This document shows, piece after piece, positions 51,263-60,210 of a stretch of 64,000 bases of DNA (position 1 is its first letter; each line of letters begins with the position of its first letter). The position numbers were made by a program, and so were the translations under genes. This DNA is from Thermodesulfobacteriota bacterium (GTDB taxonomy: Bacteria > Desulfobacterota_D > UBA1144). The notes under the pieces are model-generated. The model worked only from the letters and a program-made list of their open reading frames with translations, had not been told where the DNA came from and made no database searches. Location of the stretch: assembly GCA_036340075.1 (NCBI GenBank), contig JAYYZJ010000003.1, forward strand, positions 87,796 through 151,795. Direction: 5' to 3'.

Positions 51263-51842
51263 ATTAGATCTCGATGTTATTTTTGATTCGATTTGGGAAA
51301 ATCTGGAATTAGGGTCAAAAAAAAGAAGCCACCCATTTCATTTATGCACAATATCTACAATAAGCAAAAGTACAAAAGACACACCTGATGCAAGAATCGT
51401 TGTATTAAGAGAAGCGAATAAAGAGAAATTCACTCTAAGGTCAAATGCAGATTTAAGGACTAACAAATGCAATGATATTGAAGAAAACCCTAACACGCAT
51501 CTGCTTTTTTACGACAAAGAAGCAAAGATTCAAGTAAGAATTAGGGCAGAGTCAGAAATAATAAAAGATATCTCTTTAATTAAGGACATATGGCTTGAAT
51601 CCCAGGAAGTTAGTCAAAGATGCTATTTTGTCCCATTAGCACCATCTACTGAAATTGCCCAACCGTTCAACAACACAATGCTTGAGTTAGACAATGAAAA
51701 TTTAGGCTCAAATGTTTTTTGCTTGATATCGACCAAAGTTAAAGAAATAGACTGGTTAGAGCTGGATTATAATGGTCACAAAAGATGTAAATTTATATTA
51801 AATGATAAAGGGTTGTCTAAAAGTGTCTGGTTAGTTCCGTAG
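51249..51842 (+). CDS. Pyridoxamine 5'-phosphate oxidase-like split-barrel flavin-binding protein
   Basis: HPFH, PDARIVVLR, LLFYD...IQVRI, IDWLEL...GHKR. Confidence 0.82.
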   Translation: MGTNRLDLDVIFDSIWENLELGSKKRSHPFHLCTISTISKSTKDTPDARIVVLREANKEKFTLRSNADLRTNKCNDIEENPNTHLLFYDKEAKIQVRIRAESEIIKDISLIKDIWLESQEVSQRCYFVPLAPSTEIAQPFNNTMLELDNENLGSNVFCLISTKVKEIDWLELDYNGHKRCKFILNDKGLSKSVWLVP

Positions 51843-51852
51843 TGTATAAAGA

Positions 51853-51884
51853 AAAGGGGTCAGCCGTTTAAGACTGTCCCCTTT
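51853..51884. terminator. Terminator hairpin between convergent genes; U-tract fits the minus strand
   Basis: Minus strand AAAGGGGACAGTC-TTAAAC-GGCTGACCCCTTTT. Confidence 0.75.
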
Positions 51885-51891
51885 AATAAAT

Positions 51892-52386
51892 TTAAAATAA
51901 GGTTCCTTTTAAAAGCATATTCATTCCTGGAATCAATAGTGTTACGAATGATTCAGCAATAAATAAGTACGCTAATAAAGTTCCAAGAGCTTTACCTTGT
52001 GCAAGCACTAGGAATGCTACAAGAGTAAGAACAGCCCACGCAATGTTGAACAGTCCTAATTCCATTGCTCCTACGCCTAAGAAATACTGTCCGTACCATA
52101 GGAAAACTATAGTAGCGAATAGACAATACCATCCAAGCCCTTTACCGCCATGTCCAAGAGTGAACACACCGAAAGCTATGACATAGATCAATGCAAATAC
52201 TGAAACAAGAGCTGTACTTGCAGCCCCTTCAGGCCCAAGACCAGCACCAGTAAATGCAGCAATAAGAATTAGCACAGCTACCGCGCCGTTTAGCATACCA
52301 ACTTCTTTTCCATCGGTTTTACCTAATAAGGTCATACCGTTACAAAAGAATACGAAACCTACGAGTAAAAGTACATATCCTAACAT
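51892..52386 (-). CDS. AmiS/UreI family urea/short-amide channel
   Basis: MLG..LL.VG.V...NG...LGK.DGKE...LN and GKGLGWYCLF; ~6 hydrophobic helices; AAGGAGG RBS. Confidence 0.85.
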   Translation of the reverse strand: MLGYVLLLVGFVFFCNGMTLLGKTDGKEVGMLNGAVAVLILIAAFTGAGLGPEGAASTALVSVFALIYVIAFGVFTLGHGGKGLGWYCLFATIVFLWYGQYFLGVGAMELGLFNIAWAVLTLVAFLVLAQGKALGTLLAYLFIAESFVTLLIPGMNMLLKGTLF

Positions 52387-52530
52387 ATACCTGTACCTCC
52401 TTTTTCAGAGTTATTCCATTTAACCATAAATTTTAGTATAAAGTCAACATATATTTGCTAAAAAAATGAAAAAAAAAGGTGTAAACTACTGATAATGTTG
52501 ATATTTTTTATAGAAAAGGGGGGTTTTTTC

Positions 52531-52977
52531 TTACCCTTCTTTTCTTTGAACCAGTATGACCCATATGCCTTTTTGAACAACATCCCCGGTCTGATTGACA
52601 ACATTAACTTCCCAGTTAAGAAAACCCATATTTGGTCTTTTATGTTCTTTTTTCTCAACTAATTTTCTAGTTATTTTAATTGTGTCACCAGGTTTTACAG
52701 CTCCTGAAAATCTCCAATCTTGGAGTCCCATAAAAGCGATAGTTGCTAATCTTGGCATGGTAAACCATAGACCTGTTGCAATAGACAGCACACACATTCC
52801 ATGAGCAACACGTGTTTTAAAAACAGTGTTTTTGGCAAACTCTTCATCTATATGCATATTGTTAAAATCAGCAGACAAACCAGCAAAGTTGACTACGTCA
52901 GCTTCTGTTACAGTCCTTCCACTTGATTCATGCTCGGCATCTACTTCTATATCTTCATAATATATTTTGTCGTCCAT
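52531..52977 (-). CDS. MaoC-family (R)-enoyl-CoA hydratase/dehydratase
   Basis: RTVTEADVVNFAGLSADFNNMHID, RVAHG, VKPGDT. Confidence 0.92.
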   Translation of the reverse strand: MDDKIYYEDIEVDAEHESSGRTVTEADVVNFAGLSADFNNMHIDEEFAKNTVFKTRVAHGMCVLSIATGLWFTMPRLATIAFMGLQDWRFSGAVKPGDTIKITRKLVEKKEHKRPNMGFLNWEVNVVNQTGDVVQKGIWVILVQRKEG

Positions 52978-52992
52978 TTTAGCTCCCTTTTA

Positions 52993-53415
52993 TTAAACTG
53001 GTTTAAATTTAGCAAAAGTTACTTCATCAGTGGCGTCTTCAAAAACAACTTCAACCTCCATTCCTATTGTTACGCTTTCAGGATCGCAGTCTACAACATT
53101 AGACATCATTTTAACCCCATCCTCGAGCTCAATTAAAGCAACAACATAAGTTTCGCCTTTGTATGCTTTAGTAGGTCCCATATAATGAACCGAGTATGTC
53201 CACACTTTACCCTTCCCAGTTGATTCAACCCATTCAAAATCCATATTAACAGAACCAGGAAATGGACTTATTGCTCTAGGATAGAAGAACACCTTCCCTG
53301 TTTCTTTACACTTAGGTAATAATAGTTTGTGATTTTTTGTTCCATCCCAGAACGGTTTAGTTTCCGGTCTAAAATCTGGTAATGGTTTTTGATATTCAGT
53401 TTTTTCCTCTGACAT
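52993..53415 (-). CDS. DUF35 OB-fold protein with degenerate Zn ribbon
   Basis: PETKPFWDG, LLLPKCKETG..FFYPR, GKGKVWTYSV, IGMEVEVVF. Confidence 0.9.
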   Translation of the reverse strand: MSEEKTEYQKPLPDFRPETKPFWDGTKNHKLLLPKCKETGKVFFYPRAISPFPGSVNMDFEWVESTGKGKVWTYSVHYMGPTKAYKGETYVVALIELEDGVKMMSNVVDCDPESVTIGMEVEVVFEDATDEVTFAKFKPV

Positions 53416-53441
53416 TTTTATATCTCCTGTTAATCAGTTTT

Positions 53442-54653
53442 TTAACTTAATGGTTCATTGCCTAATAATATTGTACTATGAGCAGAAACTATACCACCAT
53501 TTCCATGAACCAAAGCAGTACTTGGGTTTTTAACTTGTCTTGCCCCTGCATCTCCTCTAAGCTGTAAAACAGCTTCAACAACGTGATGCATTGCACCTAA
53601 GTGAGCTTGTGACAAAAGTCCACCATGCGTGTTAAGAGGTATGTCCGCATCTTTATGTAGTCTGCCTTCCAGAGCAGCAGCTCCGGCATGGTTTCTAGGA
53701 ACAATGCCTAAACCTTCAAGCTCAAGAAGAGTTGTGATAGTAAAGCAGTCATATAAAAAAGTTATATCAACATTTTCATTAGTCATGCCAGCTGTTTTAA
53801 ATGCTTTTTCACCTGATGTTTCAATGGCACCATAAATTTGATCTAAATCAGCACATGAAGTTAAGTATTGATGAGAGAAGCCTTGTCCCATTCCGTGTAG
53901 GTAAACAGGGTCTCTTTTTAAGCCGAGCTCTTTGGCTTTAGCATTTGTTGTTACTATAAATGCTGCACCACCATCAGAAACAATAGAGCAGTCAAATTTT
54001 GTTAATGGAGAAGCAAGCAATCTTGTGTTCAAGATATCATCAAGGGACAAATCATCTTTGTTCATTGCGTTCTCTTTTAGTTTGGCATGCTCCCTCATTG
54101 TTACAGCAACAGAGTGTAGATGCTCTCTTTTTCCTTTTGATTCGTGAAGATATCTTTGAGCCATTAGGGCATACCCACCAGGTGTTGTTAATCCATATGG
54201 ATACTCAAATTCACCATGACACATTTCCCTAATAAGAGCAATCATCCCAGTAGACGAAATTCCTGAAAGTGTGTTGTCTCCCCTAACACATAAAATAACT
54301 TCAGCCTGTCCCGAATTTATTGCCATTGCTGCAGCTGCAGTCATCCAAACCGCAGTCGCACCACCAATAGCAACAGACTCAAAATATTTTGGATTTATTC
54401 CAATATAGTCTGCAAAAGTAGTACAATGCATAAAAGTTTCTTCAACAAGTGAAAAGGCTGTTATAATTCCGTCAACATCTGACTTCTGTATTCCAGCATC
54501 CTCTATCGCTAGTTTAGATGCCTCAGAAAGAAAATGAAACGAACTTTTTCCAGGAATCTTTCCTTGTTCAGTTTCTCCAACACCAACAATCCCTATTTGG
54601 TTTTTCTTTAAAAGTTCTCTAGTATCTTCAATATTTGGTATTTGTGTTCCCAT
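53442..54653 (-). CDS. Thiolase-fold protein lacking the nucleophilic Cys (Ltp2-like putative aldolase)
   Basis: IGGAT in place of the Cys motif, DCSIVSDGG, LYDCFT, NTHGGLLSQAH. Confidence 0.82.
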   Translation of the reverse strand: MGTQIPNIEDTRELLKKNQIGIVGVGETEQGKIPGKSSFHFLSEASKLAIEDAGIQKSDVDGIITAFSLVEETFMHCTTFADYIGINPKYFESVAIGGATAVWMTAAAAMAINSGQAEVILCVRGDNTLSGISSTGMIALIREMCHGEFEYPYGLTTPGGYALMAQRYLHESKGKREHLHSVAVTMREHAKLKENAMNKDDLSLDDILNTRLLASPLTKFDCSIVSDGGAAFIVTTNAKAKELGLKRDPVYLHGMGQGFSHQYLTSCADLDQIYGAIETSGEKAFKTAGMTNENVDITFLYDCFTITTLLELEGLGIVPRNHAGAAALEGRLHKDADIPLNTHGGLLSQAHLGAMHHVVEAVLQLRGDAGARQVKNPSTALVHGNGGIVSAHSTILLGNEPLS

Positions 54654-54694
54654 TACACTCTCCTTTTTTTCTTAATTAGATTATCTAAGATAAC

Positions 54695-55840
54695 TTAAAT
54701 TCCAAGCTCCTTGGCAATAATTACATGTTGTATCTCAGAAGTACCTTCCGTTATAGATGATAATTTTGCATCTCTATAGTAACGTTCTGCTGCATATTCA
54801 GTAGCATAACCATAACCGCCCAATACTTGTATTCCTTCGCTTGCACACCATTGTACAACTTCTGCAGAGTACAATTTAGCCATTGATGCCTCTTTAACAC
54901 AAGGGCGTCCTTGATCGTATAGCCATGCGGCTTTGTAGCCTAGCAAACGAGCAGTTTCTATTTTTGTTGCCATTTGGGCGAGTTTAAAACTAATAGCTTG
55001 AAATTTGTTGATTGGTCTACCAAAAGCTTCCCTTTCTTTTGAATAATTGAGCGCATATTCAAATGCTGCTGTTGCAAGGCCAACACTTTTAACCCCATGT
55101 GATATTCTCGCAGCAATTAAAGTTTCCATTAAAGCCTGAAACTTGCCCTCTTCTTCGCCAAGCAAGGCGTTTTGAGGAAGCTTGCAATTCTCAAAAACAA
55201 GTTCGGCAACATCTGATGACCTATGTCCCAATTTATGTATTTTTCTTGAAACCTCGAATCCCGGTGTATCTTTGTCTACTATAAAAATACTAATACCGTT
55301 TTTTTTGTCTTCTTTATTTGTATAGGCAGCAACAATTACATAATTACAAATAACTCCATTTGAGCACCATGTTTTTGTTCCATTTAAAATCCAAGAGTCG
55401 CCATCTTTAGTAGCATTAGTTTTAATTGCACGAGCATCTGAACCAGCATTAGGCTCAGTAATAGCAAGAGCGCCAATCATTTCTCCAGCAATTGATGGTG
55501 TAAGATATTTTTCTTTTTGTTCTTCTGTGCCAAATTTAGATACGGGCAAAGAACCTAGATCTACGTGAGCAGCTACCCCTTTAGCTATCCCCGCACAAGT
55601 TTTCCCGAGCTCCTCAGCTAGAATACATTGAGTAACCTTATCTAAACCAAGACCACCATATTTTTCATCAAAACAAATACCTAATAACCCCATTTCAGCC
55701 ATTTTGGGAAAAAGCTCTAAGGGAAAGGATTCCGTTTTCTCTGCTTCTTCAACCAGTGGTTCTACTTCTTCTTTACAGAATGTTTGTATAGCATCCCTCA
55801 TCATATTTTGTTCGTCAGAAAAATCAAAACATAAGCTCAT
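54695..55840 (-). CDS. Acyl-CoA dehydrogenase
   Basis: AITEPNAGSD, LNGTKTW, REAFGRPI..FQ, GGYGY, YRDAK...ITEGTSEIQ. Confidence 0.95.
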   Translation of the reverse strand: MSLCFDFSDEQNMMRDAIQTFCKEEVEPLVEEAEKTESFPLELFPKMAEMGLLGICFDEKYGGLGLDKVTQCILAEELGKTCAGIAKGVAAHVDLGSLPVSKFGTEEQKEKYLTPSIAGEMIGALAITEPNAGSDARAIKTNATKDGDSWILNGTKTWCSNGVICNYVIVAAYTNKEDKKNGISIFIVDKDTPGFEVSRKIHKLGHRSSDVAELVFENCKLPQNALLGEEEGKFQALMETLIAARISHGVKSVGLATAAFEYALNYSKEREAFGRPINKFQAISFKLAQMATKIETARLLGYKAAWLYDQGRPCVKEASMAKLYSAEVVQWCASEGIQVLGGYGYATEYAAERYYRDAKLSSITEGTSEIQHVIIAKELGI

Positions 55841-55887
55841 TTATAGCCTCCAATTGCACCTAATGGGATTTAAGAATAAACCATAGT

Positions 55888-55896
55888 ATTATAGCA
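55888..55896 (-). promoter_or_regulatory. Extended -10 TGCTATAAT for the acyl-CoA dehydrogenase operon
   Basis: Exact TGnTATAAT ~47 bp upstream of the start; GGAGG RBS. Confidence 0.55.
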
Positions 55897-55963
55897 GCGA
55901 GGTTAATATATCGCAAAGAATTTATTAAGTGAAATTTAATTTAAAATATATACTTTAATTGAT

Positions 55964-57355
55964 ATGACCAACAAGCTTCCAAATACTGAAGATACAATTT
56001 GTGCAATTTGTACACCACCTGGAATAGGCTCTATTTCTGTAATTAGGTTGAGTGGTTCTATGAGTGAAAACATAGCAAATAAAATTTTTAAAACTCTTTC
56101 TCCAAATGCAAAATTATTAGATCGTAATGTAATTCACGGAAAAATAATAAAAGACGATAGAACAATAGATGAATGTTTGTGTTTATTTTTTAAATCACCA
56201 AATTCCTATACTGGAGAAGATGTTATAGAGTTTCAAACACATGGAGGTGATGGAGTTCCAAATTTAGTAATCAGATATTTAATTGAAGAAGGTGCTAGAA
56301 TTGCAAATCCCGGAGAATTCACATATAGAGCTTTTATGAATGGTAAAATTGATTTATTAAAAGCAGAAGCCATTTCTTCTCTAATTAATAGTCAGGCAGA
56401 ATCAGCAGAACATCATTCATTCGATAGATTATCTACCAATATAGCAAAAAAACTCAATAATATCAGGGAGTTAGCAATACTTCTTATTGCACAGCTAGAG
56501 GCCAGAATTGATTTCCCTGAGGAAGATATACCTAAAATAGAAAAGCTAAAATTACTTGATGAATTTGATACAGTTATCAACAAAACAAATGATATTTTAG
56601 AAACCTATAAATCTGGAAGTCTTTATTTAAAAGGATTAAGAATAATGATAATGGGAGAGCCAAATGTTGGAAAATCTACCTTCTTAAACAACATCATTTC
56701 AGATGAAAGATCAATCGTATCTGAGATACCTGGAACTACTAGAGATATTGTAAATTCTGATATATATATTAAAGGAATTAGATGTAATTTTTTTGATACA
56801 GCTGGCCTTAGAGATGCAGATAATTTAATAGAAAAAAAGGGAATAGACAAAGCACTTGGAAAGATTCCCAGTTCAGATCTTATACTTTTATTATTGGAAA
56901 AAACATCAAATTTTCAATATATACAAAAGATTGTCGAAAATGTTCCACGTGGAAAAATCATCTATTTAATAAATAAATGTGATTTAATAGTGAAGGATGA
57001 AACCTGGGAAATTGAGAAAAAACTATTAGAAGAGAAAATACAATATATTAAAATTTCATCCAAAAATGGTACAAATATAGAAGATGTTAAAGAAAAAATA
57101 ATAGAATTAAAGAGTCTTGACAACGCAACGGATTTTTCAGAAGGGTTAGTGACAACTGAAAGACAAGCTAATCATTTAAAAAAAGGAATTAAAAAGCTAA
57201 AAAAATCAATGAAAATGTTTAAGAATAATGAACCTGTAGAGTTAATAACAATTGATTTAAGAGATTTTGTAGCTGAATTAGGAGAAGTGACAGGCGAAAC
57301 CACCAATGAAGACATATATGACGCTCTTTTTTCTAAATTTTGTGTAGGAAAATAG
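55964..57355 (+). CDS. mnmE: tRNA modification GTPase MnmE/TrmE
   Basis: SYTGEDVIE, PGEFTYRAFMNGK, GEPNVGKS, PGTTRD, FSKFCVGK. Confidence 0.97.
   Translation: MTNKLPNTEDTICAICTPPGIGSISVIRLSGSMSENIANKIFKTLSPNAKLLDRNVIHGKIIKDDRTIDECLCLFFKSPNSYTGEDVIEFQTHGGDGVPNLVIRYLIEEGARIANPGEFTYRAFMNGKIDLLKAEAISSLINSQAESAEHHSFDRLSTNIAKKLNNIRELAILLIAQLEARIDFPEEDIPKIEKLKLLDEFDTVINKTNDILETYKSGSLYLKGLRIMIMGEPNVGKSTFLNNIISDERSIVSEIPGTTRDIVNSDIYIKGIRCNFFDTAGLRDADNLIEKKGIDKALGKIPSSDLILLLLEKTSNFQYIQKIVENVPRGKIIYLINKCDLIVKDETWEIEKKLLEEKIQYIKISSKNGTNIEDVKEKIIELKSLDNATDFSEGLVTTERQANHLKKGIKKLKKSMKMFKNNEPVELITIDLRDFVAELGEVTGETTNEDIYDALFSKFCVGK
56941..56956. other. parS-like site inside mnmE
   Basis: TGTTCCACGTGGAAAA, 15/16 match to the palindrome TGTTCCACGTGGAACA. 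Confidence 0.6.
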
Positions 57356-57390
57356 TCAATAATCTCGGTACTTTAGATTGAAAATAATAT

Positions 57391-57421
57391 TTATCAACAA
57401 TTTTCCACATAGTGTTGATAT
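57391..57421. promoter_or_regulatory. Second DnaA-box cluster
   Basis: TTATCAACA 57391-99, TTTTCCACA 57401-09, TGTTGATAT 57413-21. Confidence 0.6.
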
Positions 57422-57495
57422 CTTATATTTAAAATTTTTATTAAAAAAAAGAGAAAATAAAAAAAATGTAGTATAATAGGACAGTTAGGTGTAAT

Positions 57496-59919
57496 ATGTT
57501 AGTTCCTTTAAGCGAAATTGAGAAAATTCTTGAAAAAAAACTAGATTCAAAAAAAGTTGAAGAATCATTAACAATGATCGGTCTAGAGGTTGAGAATGTT
57601 GAATCATGGGATTTTCACAATTTAGACAAAAAAATAGTAATAGGTCAAATACTTACAATCGAAAAGCATCCAGACGCTGACAAGCTCCAAGTATGCATGA
57701 TAGATATAGGAAATAAAAAATTAAATATTGTCTGTGGTGCAAGCAACATTAGTGTTAATGATTTTGTTCCGGTCGCAACCAATGGTGCTTTTCTGCCAGT
57801 ATCAAAAAGTTTCCCAGATGGTATTAAAATTAAAAAAACAAAATTGCGAGGAATAGAATCCGATGGAATGTTGTGTTCTTTGAATGAATTATCTATTCCT
57901 TCCAGTTCCGATGGAATTTTTATACTTCCTGACAATTTAAATGTGGGAACTCCAATTAATGAAATTTCAAGTTTAAACGAAACAATATTTGATGTATCAA
58001 TAACCCCTAACAGAGGTGATTGTCTTAGTTTTTATGGAATCGCTAGAGAACTAGCTAGTATTTTGAAATTAAATATAAAAAATGATTGTATAGATTATAT
58101 AAATAAAAATTATAAGATAAATGATTTAATAGAAAATGAATTTACCGTAATAAATAACTCAAAAGATTTGAATAGATATACAGCTATTAAAATTTCGAAT
58201 ATCAACGTTACTACTTCTTCACCATCTTTAAAATTTATTCTTAGTAAACTAAAACAAAAATCAATCAACAATATAGTTGATTTAACTAATTATTTAATGT
58301 TTTTAACAGGACAGCCATTACATGCTTTTGATTATGATAAAATTTCTGGACACAAAATTTTAATTAATGATGATGAAAATGATTCAATCAATGTTCTTGA
58401 CAATACTGTACATAAAACAACATCTCATCTGGTAATTTCAGATGATAAGGGTCCTATAGCATTTGCTGGAATTATTGGTGGCTTAAGAACCTCCGTCGAC
58501 CATGATACTAAAAATATTTTATTAGAATGCGCATCTTTTAATCCGGTTAAAATACGTAAAAGTGCCAAGATTCTAAATATTTCCACAGAATCTTCATATC
58601 GTTTCGAAAGATTTGTTTCTGAATATACAACTCATAATCTTTTACATTTCTGTGCAGAATATATATCGAAAGACACTCAAGGTAATGTTTCAGCAAATTA
58701 TATTGATACAAATTCAGATCTGATTGATAGTCGAATAATCACTCTGAACTTGTCAAAAATTTCTAAGGTCTTAGGAATTAAAATTGATAATGAAACTATT
58801 CTCAAAATTTATGAATCTTTATCAATAAAATTAATTTCAAACGATAATTCACTATATAAATTTAGACCCCCAAAATTTAGATCAGATTTAACAAGTGATG
58901 CTGATTTAATAGAAGAAATCGCTAGAACAATTGGCTTGGATTCCATACCGCCATCTTTACCCCATATACCATTAAGACCAGCTATAGATAAAGTTACAGT
59001 TGATTTTAGATCGATAAACAATTTAGCTAGAGATATTTTTTCTTCCGATGGTTTTTCTGAAGTCATAAATTATAGCTTTAATGATGATGAGACACTCTTC
59101 CCTGAAATTAACAAAATAAAAATTCTTAATCCGCATTCTAAAGATTCAAAATATTTACGAACCAGTTTGTTGCCCTCTCTTTTGCAAAATGCATCATATA
59201 ATTTTAATCACAACGTAGAAGCTTTTAAGCTTTTTGAAATCGGAAGCGTTTTTGTTGATTCAAAATCTGATTTAACTCAAAAACCAGAAATCTCTTTATT
59301 GTCCACACAAAAATCCATTGATAACTTTTGGAAAAAGAGCGAAGACAATTTTTTTGATTTAAAGAATTCATTACTTAAATTTTTTACGAAATTAAAACTT
59401 AAAACAGATGATTTAATTTTTAATACTGAACTACCCAAAGACTACAGAACTCTGTTGCACCCAGGAAAATCTTCCGGAGTTTATATAGGAAAAACATTTA
59501 TCGGCTTCATTGGAGAAATACATCCTCAAATTGCTGAACTTTATAATCTTAAGAAAACAGTTACGATATCATCTTTGTTTGTAGAAGAATTTTATGATTT
59601 TAATTCAAGTACTGTTAACATGTCTGAATTCACAACCTTTCCAATAATTCAGAGAGATTTATCAATAGTAGTTAACAAGGAAGTCGAATCTCAAAAAATT
59701 TTAGATATAATAAAATCTTTTTCATCTCCTATAATAAAAGACACGTTTGTATTTGATTTATTTGAAGATGCATCACTAGGCAAAAACAAAAAAAGCTTAT
59801 CCTTTTCAGTTGTGTTTGGTGCCAATGATAGAACCCTAGAAGAAGACGAAGTTTCCTTAATAATGAAAGAATTATTGTCTAATTTAAAAAGGGAGACAAA
59901 AGCGGAAATAAGAGAATAA
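57496..59919 (+). CDS. pheT: Phenylalanine--tRNA ligase beta subunit
   Basis: HPDADKL, VCGASN, TPNRGDCLS..GIARE, GQPLHAFD, DLIEEIAR, C-terminal FDX-ACB domain. Confidence 0.96.
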   Translation: MLVPLSEIEKILEKKLDSKKVEESLTMIGLEVENVESWDFHNLDKKIVIGQILTIEKHPDADKLQVCMIDIGNKKLNIVCGASNISVNDFVPVATNGAFLPVSKSFPDGIKIKKTKLRGIESDGMLCSLNELSIPSSSDGIFILPDNLNVGTPINEISSLNETIFDVSITPNRGDCLSFYGIARELASILKLNIKNDCIDYINKNYKINDLIENEFTVINNSKDLNRYTAIKISNINVTTSSPSLKFILSKLKQKSINNIVDLTNYLMFLTGQPLHAFDYDKISGHKILINDDENDSINVLDNTVHKTTSHLVISDDKGPIAFAGIIGGLRTSVDHDTKNILLECASFNPVKIRKSAKILNISTESSYRFERFVSEYTTHNLLHFCAEYISKDTQGNVSANYIDTNSDLIDSRIITLNLSKISKVLGIKIDNETILKIYESLSIKLISNDNSLYKFRPPKFRSDLTSDADLIEEIARTIGLDSIPPSLPHIPLRPAIDKVTVDFRSINNLARDIFSSDGFSEVINYSFNDDETLFPEINKIKILNPHSKDSKYLRTSLLPSLLQNASYNFNHNVEAFKLFEIGSVFVDSKSDLTQKPEISLLSTQKSIDNFWKKSEDNFFDLKNSLLKFFTKLKLKTDDLIFNTELPKDYRTLLHPGKSSGVYIGKTFIGFIGEIHPQIAELYNLKKTVTISSLFVEEFYDFNSSTVNMSEFTTFPIIQRDLSIVVNKEVESQKILDIIKSFSSPIIKDTFVFDLFEDASLGKNKKSLSFSVVFGANDRTLEEDEVSLIMKELLSNLKRETKAEIRE

Positions 59920-59921
59920 TT

Positions 59922-60206
59922 ATGACCAGGAAAGATTTAACAAGTATTTTACATAAGAGTCTCGGATTAAGCCTTAAGGAGTCCGCAAGAATAGTAGATA
60001 AATTTTTTGATATTATTGTTCGCAATCTCTCTGAAGGAAGTGCAATTAAGCTTCCCAAGTTTGGAACACTAAAAATCCAAGACAGAAAACCCCGCCCCGG
60101 GAGAAACCCTACCACCGGTGAAAAAATTGAAATCGGTGAAAGAAAAGCAATAGTATTCAGACCAAGCAAAGAACTTAGGAGAAGGTTGAAAGACCAAGAG
60201 AAATAG
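59922..60206 (+). CDS. ihfA: Integration host factor alpha / HU family
   Basis: MTRKDL, FGTL, GRNPTTGE, FRPSKEL; follows pheT as ihfA usually does. Confidence 0.8.
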   Translation: MTRKDLTSILHKSLGLSLKESARIVDKFFDIIVRNLSEGSAIKLPKFGTLKIQDRKPRPGRNPTTGEKIEIGERKAIVFRPSKELRRRLKDQEK

Positions 60207-60210
60207 TTTC

